Notes under the pieces: generated by a model
The model's input: only the letters and a program-made list of their open reading frames with translations
Databases searched by the model: none
What the model was told of the DNA's origin: nothing
Position numbers and translations under genes: made by a program
Origin: a virus
Taxonomy: Duplodnaviria > Caudoviricetes
IMG/VR virus record: IMGVR_UViG_3300022700_000225
Location: 1 to 63,760 of that record
Length of the DNA stretch: 63,760 bases
Strand: one strand, 5' to 3'
Part shown: positions 34,029 to 44,311 of the stretch, in pieces
Layout: every line of letters starts with the position of its first letter
Position numbering within the stretch: position 1 is the stretch's first letter

Positions 34029-34346
34029 TCACACCCCCGTTAGCCGACCAACGCCCACGCCCACGGGAGCGATGGTTGTCGACTTAACAACGCGAAATTC
34101 CATGGGCCTGTAAATAGACATTGGTGTATCATCTTCAGTCAAAGCCAAAACATTTCCGTCCCGCTTGCAATCTCTCCAATCCTGTCCATCAGGATATTGG
34201 ATTTTCACACTTTCTTCAGCGCCAAGCGGTCCTCCCAGCAAATAAAGCGTTATGCCAGTGGTTGGGGTGTGGTAACCTGAATCCGTGCCATTTTTAATTA
34301 TGCGGCTTTCGCATTGCGCTGTGGTCTTCTCAATAAGTGTTTGCAT
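34029..34346 (-). CDS. Small beta-rich virion protein (spike base/adaptor candidate)
   Basis: 105 aa directly upstream of the LRR gene; AGGGGG RBS. Confidence 0.6.
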   Translation of the reverse strand: MQTLIEKTTAQCESRIIKNGTDSGYHTPTTGITLYLLGGPLGAEESVKIQYPDGQDWRDCKRDGNVLALTEDDTPMSIYRPMEFRVVKSTTIAPVGVGVGRLTGV

Positions 34347-34372
34347 TTATTCCCCCCTTATACGTTTACTAT

Positions 34373-35983
34373 CTACATGCTCAGCAGGTGCTGAAGGTTT
34401 GCGGTGATTTCAGGCGTTGCATTGATCTCTGCGCGCCGGACAGTTGCCTCTTCCTGCCGGTTGGCCACATACCGGGTGGTGCCCTCCTCGGCGTCCTTCA
34501 TGGTGCGGTGGCTTGACAGGGCCCGGTCCAGGGCCTGCTGCAAAATGCTGACCCGGGAGTCTTTTTCTTCTGCCACAACGCTTTGCTCCTCGCTGTTAAC
34601 CCGGTCTGCGTGGACGTTTTCGCGCTCAATCAACTCGTAAATGTCTGAAATGCTCATGGACAAAAGCGTTTTATCAAGAATCATGCGAGCCTGTTCCCGC
34701 CCGTTTTGCGCTGCTGACAATGCCCGGCGCAGCTCTTCGGTCTCAAGGTTCTTTTCAGCCACCTCGGCCTCTTTGTCTGCCCGGTCAAGCGCCACCCGCT
34801 CGGTGTCCACTTTCACGTCCATGGTGTCGGACCTGATCTGGATCTGCTGCTCGATAGCGCCCTCAAGGTTGTCATAGGCTTCGGCCAGATTGGCAATTTC
34901 CGGGACCAGCACTTCGGCCTGATGCTCGGCCAGATTGGCGGATGCCTCTGCGAGCTGCATGGTTGCATCGGCCAGCTGCCGCTGCTTCTCCATCACCATG
35001 CCCAGCTTTTCAAGCCGCTGCTGCTCAAAGTCTGCGGTCTCGCCCTGCACCTCGATAATATCCTGATAAATGGAAATACGCTCGTTTAACTCGGTCAAAT
35101 ACCGCTGATAGACCTCAACAAGATCATCCATGGCCGGGCCCAGTTCGTCCTGCCGGAGCTGTGCCAGGTCGGTTTGGGCGGAAATCAGGTCTTCCTGTAC
35201 CTCGGCGCCGTCTTGCTGAACGTCTAAAAGGCCCCACTCCTTTGAAATAATGCCCTGGTTGGCGGCCACCACCTCGGCGGTTTTCCGGATCACCTCGCCA
35301 ATTTTCTCCTGAAGGGCCTGCTCCTTTTCCAGAAGCGTTTGGGTTTTTCCAAGGATCACGTCGTTTTTGCCGACAAGCTGCCATTCCTTGTCAACAAGGT
35401 CGCGCTCGATTTCCACCAGCCGTTGCAGGTACGGGATGACCTCCAGCTTTTTTTCTGCTGTCAAAAGCCGGGCGTTTGCCAGGGAAACTTCATAATCCGC
35501 GGTCTGTCCGGCCAGGGCTTCGATCTGCTGCTGCAGCCCTTCTTTTTCCACAGCAATGGACGCCTTGGCCTGCCCCAGGGAAAGGCCCCGCCGGGCCACT
35601 TCCCGGGCCAGGGCCTTGATCTGCTCTTCTTCCAGGGCCTGCTCCTGCCTGATCCCGGCAAGCTCGCGCTCCCAGTCGGCAAACAGCTGCTGTTTTTCCA
35701 GTTCCCAGGCCATCAGGGCGTTTTTATAGGCAATGTCGTATTCCAGGCCCGCCTGCTTGATCTCAAGCTCAACGGCGGCCTGGTGGAGCTGAAAGTTTAA
35801 GGCAGACAGCTTCTGCTTGACCTCAAGCTCAATCTCGGTGTGAATGTCATGGAGAAAGCCCGGGGCTGCATAAAACCCCCGGCCTGCGGTCTGGTTTAAC
35901 GCCTGGCGCCGTTTGGCCTGATATTCGGCCAGAACCGGCGTGGCTTCTTTCCTGAATTGCGGTTTGATCTGGTTTTCAGCCAT
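34373..35983 (-). CDS. Long coiled-coil virion protein (paralog-like to 30831-32357)
   Basis: 536-aa heptad-rich ORF with a similar C-terminal motif. Confidence 0.7.
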   Translation of the reverse strand: MAENQIKPQFRKEATPVLAEYQAKRRQALNQTAGRGFYAAPGFLHDIHTEIELEVKQKLSALNFQLHQAAVELEIKQAGLEYDIAYKNALMAWELEKQQLFADWERELAGIRQEQALEEEQIKALAREVARRGLSLGQAKASIAVEKEGLQQQIEALAGQTADYEVSLANARLLTAEKKLEVIPYLQRLVEIERDLVDKEWQLVGKNDVILGKTQTLLEKEQALQEKIGEVIRKTAEVVAANQGIISKEWGLLDVQQDGAEVQEDLISAQTDLAQLRQDELGPAMDDLVEVYQRYLTELNERISIYQDIIEVQGETADFEQQRLEKLGMVMEKQRQLADATMQLAEASANLAEHQAEVLVPEIANLAEAYDNLEGAIEQQIQIRSDTMDVKVDTERVALDRADKEAEVAEKNLETEELRRALSAAQNGREQARMILDKTLLSMSISDIYELIERENVHADRVNSEEQSVVAEEKDSRVSILQQALDRALSSHRTMKDAEEGTTRYVANRQEEATVRRAEINATPEITANLQHLLSM

Positions 35984-37714
35984 TTACCTCCCCCTTGCCA
36001 GCACCACCGGCACCAGGCTGATAAAATCGAGTTCGTCAAAGTCGGCCACGGTCAGGGTCCACTTTCTGCCCACCAAAGACCGGGTTGCATGCACCTGGCT
36101 GTTGTCCTGGATCTCGTAAATGATGCCCGCACCGTCTTCCGTTGCCATTGCCACAACCGGCGTGCTGCCAGAAACGCCCAGGTAAGCCTTCCTGAACCGC
36201 TTGCGGTTGTTGGCGTTAAAATTGGTCTGGCTGAAAATCGCGCCGGTGGGAATCTCTGCGCCCTCATCGGTGTCACCGGCAATTTCATAGATGCCGTCTT
36301 TGCCGGCCGCATAGGTCCGGCCCGCATAGGTGCAAAAAGAGTTAAAGGCAAACCGGGTATAGACTGAAGGCTGGAAATTGGCGGTGTTTAAAGCAAAGCA
36401 CTCCCAGATTTCGCCGTCTTCATCTGCAAACACCACATGCACGTCCATACGGAAGGCGTCTGCAATTGCCACCCCATAGCTGCCCTGTGCAAAAAGCGAT
36501 TCGGCCAGGCCTATTACCTCATCTGCTGTCAGATGCTGCCTGCGGGAGGCGATCATCTCGCCGGACAAACCCATCTGCTCGAACAGGCTACCCGTGGCAT
36601 AGGCCAGAAAAGAAAGCTCGCCGGTCATTGAAAGCACGTCTTCGGCCAGAGCCAGAAGCGCCATGGCAATCTGGTCGGTCATTTTAAAAAGATCGGATGC
36701 CACGCTGTTGTATGCGCCTTTTTTGGATATGGCCCCGGCCATGTTGACGGTTTCTGAAAGCTGTGCGCCAAATCGCGGGGTTGCCGCTGCGTCGGCATTT
36801 AACGTGTCAATCAATGCTCCCAGCCATGAAAGGATGGCCTGATCCGCCAGTTTCACAGAATCATCGGTATCGGCATGAAGCGAAGCTGCGCCAAGCAGCT
36901 CCACCCGGACCCGCAACGCCTCCCGGACCAGGGTAACGAGCTGTGCTGCGGACAGGACATTTAAGTCCAGGGCTTCGGCAATTTCGGCCACAGCAGTGCG
37001 TATCCGGTGTGAGAAATCTTTAAAATCAAGCGTTGATGCAAGCCTGGTTGTCAGGGCCCATCCGGGACCAAGGCTTTCTTGCGCGCGAAAAGAGTCCGGC
37101 AGCAATACGGACAACAGGCCGAAGGTTTCTGCCGAAAACCCGGCCCCGCTCTGCGCCGTCATGGCCCACATTACCTGCGGGGCGTCGAAAAACATAAGTT
37201 GCCGGTCGTGTACGGAAATGATGGGCACTGTTTTGATTTCCGGCGGTGAAACTACAAAGGCGGACACGCTCCCGAAATCCGCCTCGGCGTTGCCGGCGGA
37301 TACCGGGACTGACGTGATGTATGCGGAAATGTCAATGCTTGGCGAACCCGCAACCGCTGCCCCCGGCTCGACAGAGACGGGAACAATAACGGAAACGGTT
37401 GGCGGGGTATCTGCAACGCTCGCGTCCGGGAAAATTTCAACAATGGCTTCGGCAATATATGACCAGACATCCGAGTCTGTTTCAGCCGCACCGGGTATCA
37501 CAGGTATGGAGGCGTCGCCTTCAACAGGTATAGACTCCGGCCCGGCCGCCTCTGCGTAAGAACCAGACAGCAGCACAACCAGGTCACCGGAAATCAGCAC
37601 TTCCGGCGACAGTGTTTCGGCGGCTGCCGGAGAGACCCCGGCGATCTGATCTCTGGGGGGCGCAGTCTGCGAAGCCTGCAAAAAGTTTACTTGTGCGCTG
37701 TAATAATCAGACAT
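35984..37714 (-). CDS. Tail/virion structural protein
   Basis: 576 aa, Ala/Asp/Ser-rich repeats and C-terminal NRKRFRKAYLG domain. Confidence 0.6.
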   Translation of the reverse strand: MSDYYSAQVNFLQASQTAPPRDQIAGVSPAAAETLSPEVLISGDLVVLLSGSYAEAAGPESIPVEGDASIPVIPGAAETDSDVWSYIAEAIVEIFPDASVADTPPTVSVIVPVSVEPGAAVAGSPSIDISAYITSVPVSAGNAEADFGSVSAFVVSPPEIKTVPIISVHDRQLMFFDAPQVMWAMTAQSGAGFSAETFGLLSVLLPDSFRAQESLGPGWALTTRLASTLDFKDFSHRIRTAVAEIAEALDLNVLSAAQLVTLVREALRVRVELLGAASLHADTDDSVKLADQAILSWLGALIDTLNADAAATPRFGAQLSETVNMAGAISKKGAYNSVASDLFKMTDQIAMALLALAEDVLSMTGELSFLAYATGSLFEQMGLSGEMIASRRQHLTADEVIGLAESLFAQGSYGVAIADAFRMDVHVVFADEDGEIWECFALNTANFQPSVYTRFAFNSFCTYAGRTYAAGKDGIYEIAGDTDEGAEIPTGAIFSQTNFNANNRKRFRKAYLGVSGSTPVVAMATEDGAGIIYEIQDNSQVHATRSLVGRKWTLTVADFDELDFISLVPVVLARGR

Positions 37715-37717
37715 TGG

Positions 37718-38719
37718 CTACCAACTTGTGATTTGAAACTCGATTGCCAGAAAAGCGTGCTTGATTTTGGTTTCGCCGGCTTCATAGTCAAAATTATAAG
37801 TTGATCCATATCGGCTTAGACCATGGGCGTTAGAGTATGCGTCGGCCAACTCCCGAAAGTCTCCTTTGTCAGAAATCCACGGGTTAATGTGGAACACGCC
37901 GTTTGAATCGAGAAAATAGTCTAATCCGGCACTTGGAAACCCGCTCCAAACCTCAGCCTCCCCGGATATAATTTTTCCGATTTCAGGCAAAGACAGGGCC
38001 ACGCCGCCCGAAGACGGGTTTCCGTCGTAATCCAAAACGTCCGCAAGCAAAACCAAATTAAAAAAAGCCTCACTGACTATATTGCTTCCGTCTTGATACC
38101 GATCCCAATCAGTAAAGGCTTCAGCATTGATAGACACCCATAAATCTTTTAATGCTGTTTCTTTAATCGGGAGATACCTTAGATACACAATCTTGTCCTC
38201 ATGGGAGGCATTGAATGTAAAGGCCGTGAGAAGCGCCTCCTCCACAAAAGAGGACAGGTCCAGCAAGTCGCGCTCTTCCTGTTCCTGCCACCCGTGCTTG
38301 AGCGGCGGGAACCCGTCCACATCATGCGTTGTGCTCCAGGGCTCATCAAAGCTGTTGTCTGAAAAGGTTTCATACATGATGGCGGACTTGTATTCCGGGG
38401 GATAAAAAACAAACTTGGCGGAATCAATGTCTTTGGGCAGCACAAACTCTACCTCTGTTTTGCCGGAAACCTCGGCTGAATAGGTCCTTGTGCCGTCATC
38501 ATTTTCAACATAACTGTATTCGGCTTTGCTTTTCCCCCCGCCGGATGTGTTCCATACCGTGGGATGATCGCCATATCCCGGCGTTGTGAACTGGATATTG
38601 CGAGGATCATCGCTGTCAGGATCGTCGGTGAACCGCACGACTTCATCATGCCCCGAATCGGAGTTCGTGACATTGACTTCGTAAGACTGCCCGCTCGGGA
38701 CGCTATCCCACCAACCCAT
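37718..38719 (-). CDS. Acidic hypothetical virion protein
   Basis: 333-aa ORF with AGGAG RBS in the structural operon. Confidence 0.6.
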   Translation of the reverse strand: MGWWDSVPSGQSYEVNVTNSDSGHDEVVRFTDDPDSDDPRNIQFTTPGYGDHPTVWNTSGGGKSKAEYSYVENDDGTRTYSAEVSGKTEVEFVLPKDIDSAKFVFYPPEYKSAIMYETFSDNSFDEPWSTTHDVDGFPPLKHGWQEQEERDLLDLSSFVEEALLTAFTFNASHEDKIVYLRYLPIKETALKDLWVSINAEAFTDWDRYQDGSNIVSEAFFNLVLLADVLDYDGNPSSGGVALSLPEIGKIISGEAEVWSGFPSAGLDYFLDSNGVFHINPWISDKGDFRELADAYSNAHGLSRYGSTYNFDYEAGETKIKHAFLAIEFQITSW

Positions 38720-38731
38720 AACGATCTCCTG

Positions 38732-39181
38732 CTATGCAGCCTGGTTTCTGTGCCAGCGAAGCCCGTTGCTCAGGTTGATCTGGAGCACCTTGGTATCCGG
38801 GGTATCGTAATTGGCTTCAAACTGGATATGGAGCACCACGGTTTTGCTGGCATGGGTGTCATTGTAGACAATCGCCGAGCCCGTGGTGGCTATCGCCCCG
38901 CCGCTTGCGGTCCAGGACGGGTTGTCCGCGTCGATTTCCACCCGCTTGTCCGCGGTGTTGATAGATGCTGCCACATTTGCCAGGGTCTGCCCGCCGGCCG
39001 TATAGCCGTTGCCACCTGCGATTTCATCCGCGCTGACATCCGCCCATGTCCCGTGGATTGTCTCATCGAAGCTGAAAGACGGGACCATCAAAGCAACCTT
39101 CAGCGTATCGTTTTCAAGACCGTGTTCCTTGCGCAGCATTTCCAGGAAGAATTGAAGTGAATTTTTAACTGTTGCAGCCAT
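38732..39181 (-). CDS. Conserved phage tail/virion protein
   Basis: DTLKVAL...EIAGGNGYTAGGQTL motif. Confidence 0.7.
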   Translation of the reverse strand: MAATVKNSLQFFLEMLRKEHGLENDTLKVALMVPSFSFDETIHGTWADVSADEIAGGNGYTAGGQTLANVAASINTADKRVEIDADNPSWTASGGAIATTGSAIVYNDTHASKTVVLHIQFEANYDTPDTKVLQINLSNGLRWHRNQAA

Positions 39182-39192
39182 TTGATATCTCC

Positions 39193-41265
39193 TTAGGATA
39201 AATAAATTTTGGGAATCCGGACGTCATCGCCTTCGCCATTCCAGGAAAAGTTTTCGTCCATAAAAGCCTGAATCCCTGCCGCCTCCGGGCCCATAAAAAC
39301 AGGGTCAACGGTTACGGGCGCAAAGCCCGGCCACCTGCCCCCGGCCCGGCCAAACACCTGACAGGCAAAACAAGACCCATCCGGGGCTATTTTGCACGCA
39401 ATGCCCATATCCCGATGGTCAGGGTTTAAAATATTGGCCCAATGGCCTGCCGATCCGGCCCATGAATTCATAAAGCCCCGGGCGGTATATTCGCCAAGTT
39501 CATTGTAGCCAAAGCCCGTGTTCTCATATGCGGCCGGGATATGGCCGGTCAGCCACATTTTGCGGTGATTGGCATAGCCCTCTTCTGCCGCCCGGTCCTG
39601 TGGCATGGACCCGTCCGTGCCTTCGTGGGTGCCCTCCTCTGTTGTTCGGAAAAGCTCTTGATACTGCTCATAATGCGCAACCATGTCATTGGCGTGGCGC
39701 CGGGCCGCCCATTGCAGGTTTAGCTGAAAAACGACCGGCTCAAGATCCCGGCTGACCCTTTCCTGATTGACGAGGCGCAGGATTTCCTGTTCGATGGGAG
39801 TCAAAACAAACTGATGGGATATGCAGCAATAAATATGCAGCCCGTGGCTGTGCTCATCATTTTGATGCAAGTGATAAGCGTCATAAACCACGCGGTTTTC
39901 ACCGCTTTCCGCAATCCCTGCCGTGGTGTTCAGAACCCCGTCACTGTCAGGCACTGCGTTTTCCCCGGAAATGCTGCAGTCCCGCCATGAGTCGAATATG
40001 TTTTCAATGTTAAAACTGGGCCGGGCCAGAAAGGACAGCAGGTTAAACAAAGGGGCAGACTCATAGTCCCATCCGAAAACGGGCACATAAAACAAAAACG
40101 CCCGGGCCTGGAGCATGACGCCGTTGTTTTGGGTAGTTGGCGAAACCCCGGTCAGCGCCTCATACTGGTCCCTGATGTAGGGCACATAGGAGCAGGCAGA
40201 GCCCTGATAGTAATAGACCACCGGATATATCGGCCCCTCCTCTTCCCCCTCTGCGTAATTGCCCCGCACATGGCTGTATTCAAACCCCATTGTCTTGAGC
40301 CAGTCAGCCCGGCCCGTGGTGGCATCTTCAGAGGTCGTAGGGTATCCTGAATTGCCTGCGTCCACATACTGGTGGTCTATTGACGGCCCGTAGCTGTCGC
40401 CCGTGATATAGACGTTTCGCACCCCGTCGCTGTTGGGCTTGATGTAGAAAGTAAATGTCCAGTCCTGAGAGATGGCGTCAGCGCCGTTGTTGATCCACAC
40501 GTGATCCATGTCGAACTCGGCTGCCTCATCGCTTGCATTTACGCTGACAAGCTCCACATTCGTGCTGCCCGCAGTAGTCCGCAAGACAACCGTATCCCCG
40601 GTGCTCCATTTTTTCCGGTGCTCGTTAAACTCTTCATCTTTTTCCGGATCACCGTTGGGTCCAAACGCCAGGGCCCGCCAGAACAGAAAGTTTCTGCCTG
40701 AAGAAGCTTCCAGAATGGTTTGGGCCTGGTCTTCCTGTCCCTCGATAACCGTCACATATGTATATCCATAATCGTCTGCCACCTGAGACCACAACGGGTA
40801 AGAGGCGGTGTGCTGGTATGTCCCGCTTGCATCGGCCAGAACCGGCTCCCGGCTGACCTGCGTTGCAACCGCAGCGTAGGTGTCAAGATCGGCATAAAGC
40901 TCATTGCGGATCACATCCCAGGCAAACGCCTCATCGCCCGACGGCGAGGAAATGATCAATATGCCCGGCCTGCAATATTTGATGCCGCCCATGTGGCCGA
41001 TAACAAAACACTTTTCGCCTGACCGCTGCCGCAAAACCACCACTTCATCGCCTTGCGCAAAGCCCGCAGCCGCCCCTTTCAGCGCCCCGTTCTCCCGTTT
41101 TTCCGCATCCGGGGCGCAATGGTAAAAAATCGGCGCCTCCGCATATGAATGCTCCCCGACAGTCACAGTGCAGGTGTCGGTCTCACAGTCAACCGCATCG
41201 ATCACGCCGGGGACATATTCATACTGCTGAAGCTCGCCAAAATTCTGGAAGTTCTTTTTGGGCAT
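39193..41265 (-). CDS. Virion protein with N-terminal OB-fold-like region and C-terminal CAP (SCP) domain
   Basis: LVNQER...AARRHANDM...HEGTDGS...EN...SWAGSAGHWANILNP..RDMGIA. Confidence 0.8.
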   Translation of the reverse strand: MPKKNFQNFGELQQYEYVPGVIDAVDCETDTCTVTVGEHSYAEAPIFYHCAPDAEKRENGALKGAAAGFAQGDEVVVLRQRSGEKCFVIGHMGGIKYCRPGILIISSPSGDEAFAWDVIRNELYADLDTYAAVATQVSREPVLADASGTYQHTASYPLWSQVADDYGYTYVTVIEGQEDQAQTILEASSGRNFLFWRALAFGPNGDPEKDEEFNEHRKKWSTGDTVVLRTTAGSTNVELVSVNASDEAAEFDMDHVWINNGADAISQDWTFTFYIKPNSDGVRNVYITGDSYGPSIDHQYVDAGNSGYPTTSEDATTGRADWLKTMGFEYSHVRGNYAEGEEEGPIYPVVYYYQGSACSYVPYIRDQYEALTGVSPTTQNNGVMLQARAFLFYVPVFGWDYESAPLFNLLSFLARPSFNIENIFDSWRDCSISGENAVPDSDGVLNTTAGIAESGENRVVYDAYHLHQNDEHSHGLHIYCCISHQFVLTPIEQEILRLVNQERVSRDLEPVVFQLNLQWAARRHANDMVAHYEQYQELFRTTEEGTHEGTDGSMPQDRAAEEGYANHRKMWLTGHIPAAYENTGFGYNELGEYTARGFMNSWAGSAGHWANILNPDHRDMGIACKIAPDGSCFACQVFGRAGGRWPGFAPVTVDPVFMGPEAAGIQAFMDENFSWNGEGDDVRIPKIYLS

Positions 41266-41275
41266 TGCCGGGCCT

Positions 41276-41869
41276 TTAACTGGTGGTGGCCGAAATCTCG
41301 TATTTGACAGCCAGCTCGTCGGTGTCTTCCACGTCCTTTTTGTTGTCAAACCGCTTTGCCGAAATCAGGGCCCCGGAGGTGGATGTTTTGGCCTGACTGG
41401 TCACAAGAAACGCGCCGTAAACGGATATGGCCTGCTTGAACGTAAACTCGGCCCGGCTTGCCGCGTTAGTGCAGTCGGCCGTGGTGGTGGCTGCAATCAC
41501 ATATTCGGGCCGGTTGGTGGCCGGGTCATAATCCGCATCCTGGCATTCGCCGTAAGTTCCCGAAGCGCCCAGCCGGTCAACAGCCGTGTCGCCGGCCACA
41601 GGCGTCACGTTGTTTTTAAAAATGCCAACATAAACTCCGCTCGGCTTGGCCGTGCCGCCGAAAATCACGTTTAAAATCAGCGCCCGGCCCTCAACGGTAA
41701 ACAGGTTCTTGCCGGTCTCTCTGGAAATCAGCTTGCCGTTTCTGAAATGCTCGGCAGTGACCATGCCCAGAAAGTCCAGGCCGGACTCCTGGAGGTGTTT
41801 TAGGGCATAGGCCAGGTCCGGCTGGTCTTTTGCCGGCAGAAAGGGATTGATGGGAAACTGGTTGCTCAT
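41276..41869 (-). CDS. Conserved phage tail/virion protein
   Basis: Start MSNQF at 41869 with AAGGAG RBS; NLFTVEG...VYGAFL motif. Confidence 0.7.
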   Translation of the reverse strand: MSNQFPINPFLPAKDQPDLAYALKHLQESGLDFLGMVTAEHFRNGKLISRETGKNLFTVEGRALILNVIFGGTAKPSGVYVGIFKNNVTPVAGDTAVDRLGASGTYGECQDADYDPATNRPEYVIAATTTADCTNAASRAEFTFKQAISVYGAFLVTSQAKTSTSGALISAKRFDNKKDVEDTDELAVKYEISATTS

Positions 41870-41888
41870 GGGTATAACTCCTTGTTGT

Positions 41889-43196
41889 TTAATCGTTTGG
41901 CAATCCGCCCTTGCGGATCTCTGCATCCACAGAGTCGGAAAACCCGGCAGCCGAAGTGTGCGCCCTGCCGGCCTTAAAAACCATGTCTGTTGCCGCATCC
42001 CCGCCGTCTGACAGGCTTGCAGCAGTGATAAACTGAAACACTCCGCCAACGGTCCGGTACAATGACGCGCCACGGGCCGGGGTTCCCATTCGGAGTTTGT
42101 TCTTGGTGAGATTAAACAGCCGCCCCGCAGCATTTCCGGCCACAACGCCCTCTGCTGTCCGCCAGACCGGCACGTCCACATAACCCTTTTCCGGGGTGCC
42201 GAGCACGTCGCCCAGCTCCGGCAGGTTGTTGGCATAGGCCAGGGTCCCGGGAATACTTGCCGCGCCCGCATCAGACTGCTGCATTTCCTCGGGCACGATG
42301 CCGGCCAAAAACCGGGTGCTTTTCTTCGTGCCCACAAACAGCCCCGTTGGCACCTTGGCAATCACGGTGATCTCCGCATCCATATGAAAATAATTGGATG
42401 TCGGCCGAAACAGCGACAGCAGAAACGGCTCTGAATACACCAGCCGGTCTCCGTCTGCCCCCCACATGCGCCCAAAGGCATAACAAAGCTGAGTCATGGG
42501 CGGCGGGGGCAAGCACATGAAAGACGGCAAAGGCTCGCGCGTGGGCAGGTCCACCACCTTATCCGCTGCGCCGGCCAGATAAAAAATCGGCTCATTGGTG
42601 TCCGTGATCCAAACCAGAGCGTTTGCCGGGCGGTTTAAAATTTCAATGCCGCCCTCAGCTGTCAGCTCGATTTCAGATACCGGACCGTTGCCCGAAATTT
42701 CATCGCCGTCTGCCGCAGTCATGGCGACGCGATAAATCCCGGCAGGCAGGCCGCCGTCTCCGGAAACAACCATAGGCCCGCCCGGAGGGGTCAGCCCCCA
42801 TTTGGTGAGCTCGTTTGTATTGGGATTGAAAATCCCGGTGTTAAAGGCGTTTGCCACATAAACCCGGTCTTTTGTCTCTTCAAACACAACCGGCGAATCC
42901 ATGCCGGCAAGATTGGCAATTGCAACCGCCCCGTCCTGCACGATCCGGTACAAAACCCTGTCGGCCACGCAAAGCATGCACGTCCGGCCAGCCCACAGGC
43001 TGTGCGCCCCGGGCAGGTCCAGGATCTTGGCAAAGCCTTCACGCTTCTGCAGCCTGCCGGCAATGCCGGCATCAGCGTTGATGATGATCCTGGGCTCGGC
43101 CACGCCGTTTTTTGCATCTGCCCAAAACCGGCCCGCAGCTTTCAAATTGTTCATGCCCGAAAAGGCGCGGATGTTAATATCTGAAGACAAAGTCAT
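41889..43196 (-). CDS. Tail tubular/nozzle-like (beta-propeller) protein
   Basis: FSGMNN...N.D...GRLQKREG start and GRMW..DGDRLVYSEP motif; follows the adaptor gene. Confidence 0.6.
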   Translation of the reverse strand: MTLSSDINIRAFSGMNNLKAAGRFWADAKNGVAEPRIIINADAGIAGRLQKREGFAKILDLPGAHSLWAGRTCMLCVADRVLYRIVQDGAVAIANLAGMDSPVVFEETKDRVYVANAFNTGIFNPNTNELTKWGLTPPGGPMVVSGDGGLPAGIYRVAMTAADGDEISGNGPVSEIELTAEGGIEILNRPANALVWITDTNEPIFYLAGAADKVVDLPTREPLPSFMCLPPPPMTQLCYAFGRMWGADGDRLVYSEPFLLSLFRPTSNYFHMDAEITVIAKVPTGLFVGTKKSTRFLAGIVPEEMQQSDAGAASIPGTLAYANNLPELGDVLGTPEKGYVDVPVWRTAEGVVAGNAAGRLFNLTKNKLRMGTPARGASLYRTVGGVFQFITAASLSDGGDAATDMVFKAGRAHTSAAGFSDSVDAEIRKGGLPND

Positions 43197-43878
43197 CATC
43201 CTCCGGAACATGGAACGGGGCCGCATCTTCCCCGGCAAACCGGGCCATTTCCTCCAAAGCGTCAATTACCCGGGACATATGGTATTGCAGGCCGGTTCCC
43301 CGGCTGTTTTCCCCGTCCTCGATCCCTTCTCCGTAAATATCGGCACAGACCGCATGGGTCAGAATTTTGCGCTGCAAATGCTCCGGAATGCCCTCTGGCA
43401 CATCGGTTTCCGCCGCCAGCACAGCCGGCTTCCGGTAAAATTGCAGGGACAGGGTTTCCGGGGTTTCGGGCACGCCCTGATAATACAGGCGACGGCCCTT
43501 TACCGCTGCAATATAGACCGCCCCGGTCTCGGAAAGATCCCGCTCCGGCACCCGGTCCATGAACAGGGCAAAGCTGTAAAAGGTGCCGCCCCGTGGCGCA
43601 TTGACGCCCCACAGGCTCTGCCCGTCCACCCGCTCAAGGTCCCGCTGGTATTCCTCCGGCAGATCGGTCCATGCCTGGCCCTCCACCGTGTCCGCGGTGC
43701 CGATGACAAACAGATCCGGCAAAGGCGGGCTTAAAGATCCCCGCTCGGGCAGCATCACGCCTGCGGCCACGCGCTGGAGCGCCTCGTTGATCCGCTCGTG
43801 AATATCCGGGTCCGGATAGGCCGCCGGGTCCTGCACGATGTCCTGGATGGATTTGGTTATCTGTTTTAATGTCGCCAT
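43174..43878 (-). CDS. Head-tail adaptor protein
   Basis: MATLKQI...INEA...FYRKP..L...TDVPEGIPEHLQ pattern; position after the capsid genes. Confidence 0.7.
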   Translation of the reverse strand: MATLKQITKSIQDIVQDPAAYPDPDIHERINEALQRVAAGVMLPERGSLSPPLPDLFVIGTADTVEGQAWTDLPEEYQRDLERVDGQSLWGVNAPRGGTFYSFALFMDRVPERDLSETGAVYIAAVKGRRLYYQGVPETPETLSLQFYRKPAVLAAETDVPEGIPEHLQRKILTHAVCADIYGEGIEDGENSRGTGLQYHMSRVIDALEEMARFAGEDAAPFHVPEDDDFVFRY

Positions 43879-43900
43879 GCCTGGCCTCCCGCTTCAGGGG

Positions 43901-43930
43901 CCCCGCAGCCGCTATTTAGCAGCTGCGGGG
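43901..43930. terminator. GC-rich hairpin after the decoration gene
   Basis: CCCCGCAGC...GCTGCGGGG; no clear U-tract. Confidence 0.4.
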
Positions 43931-43948
43931 TGTTGGGGGTGGTGGCGG

Positions 43949-44311
43949 TTAAACCTTGCGCCCGTAGGGATCAAACTCCACGGACAAATGGGCGTCTGCC
44001 GCAGCGGCTGCGTTGGCGGTCTCAATGTTGATCACGTCGCCGGCCTCCAGCACGGTGTTGCCGTTGTCGGCATCAAGGGTAAAGGTGCCGGTGCCGCCGG
44101 CCGAAACAGTGTCGCCAAAAGCAACCTCGCCCAGGGCATTGCCCGCGCTGTCCTTGACAGTGATCTCGTTTGCGCCCGTGTCGCCGGGATCGCCCTGGAG
44201 GGCGGCCAGCACATTGCGCAAAGTGCAGCGGTACGGCACCACCATGTAGTGCGCAGCCGTCCCGGTATCCGAATAAGAAACGGTAATTTCTTTGGTAAGA
44301 TCCTGATCCAT
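43949..44311 (-). CDS. Capsid decoration/cement-like protein
   Basis: 120 aa, beta-rich, directly after the MCP; AAGGAG RBS. Confidence 0.55.
   Translation of the reverse strand: MDQDLTKEITVSYSDTGTAAHYMVVPYRCTLRNVLAALQGDPGDTGANEITVKDSAGNALGEVAFGDTVSAGGTGTFTLDADNGNTVLEAGDVINIETANAAAAADAHLSVEFDPYGRKV

Noticed and set aside
41870-42361. N-terminal extension of ORF 41276-42361
   Set aside because: It overlaps the nozzle-like gene; the RBS supports a start at 41869.
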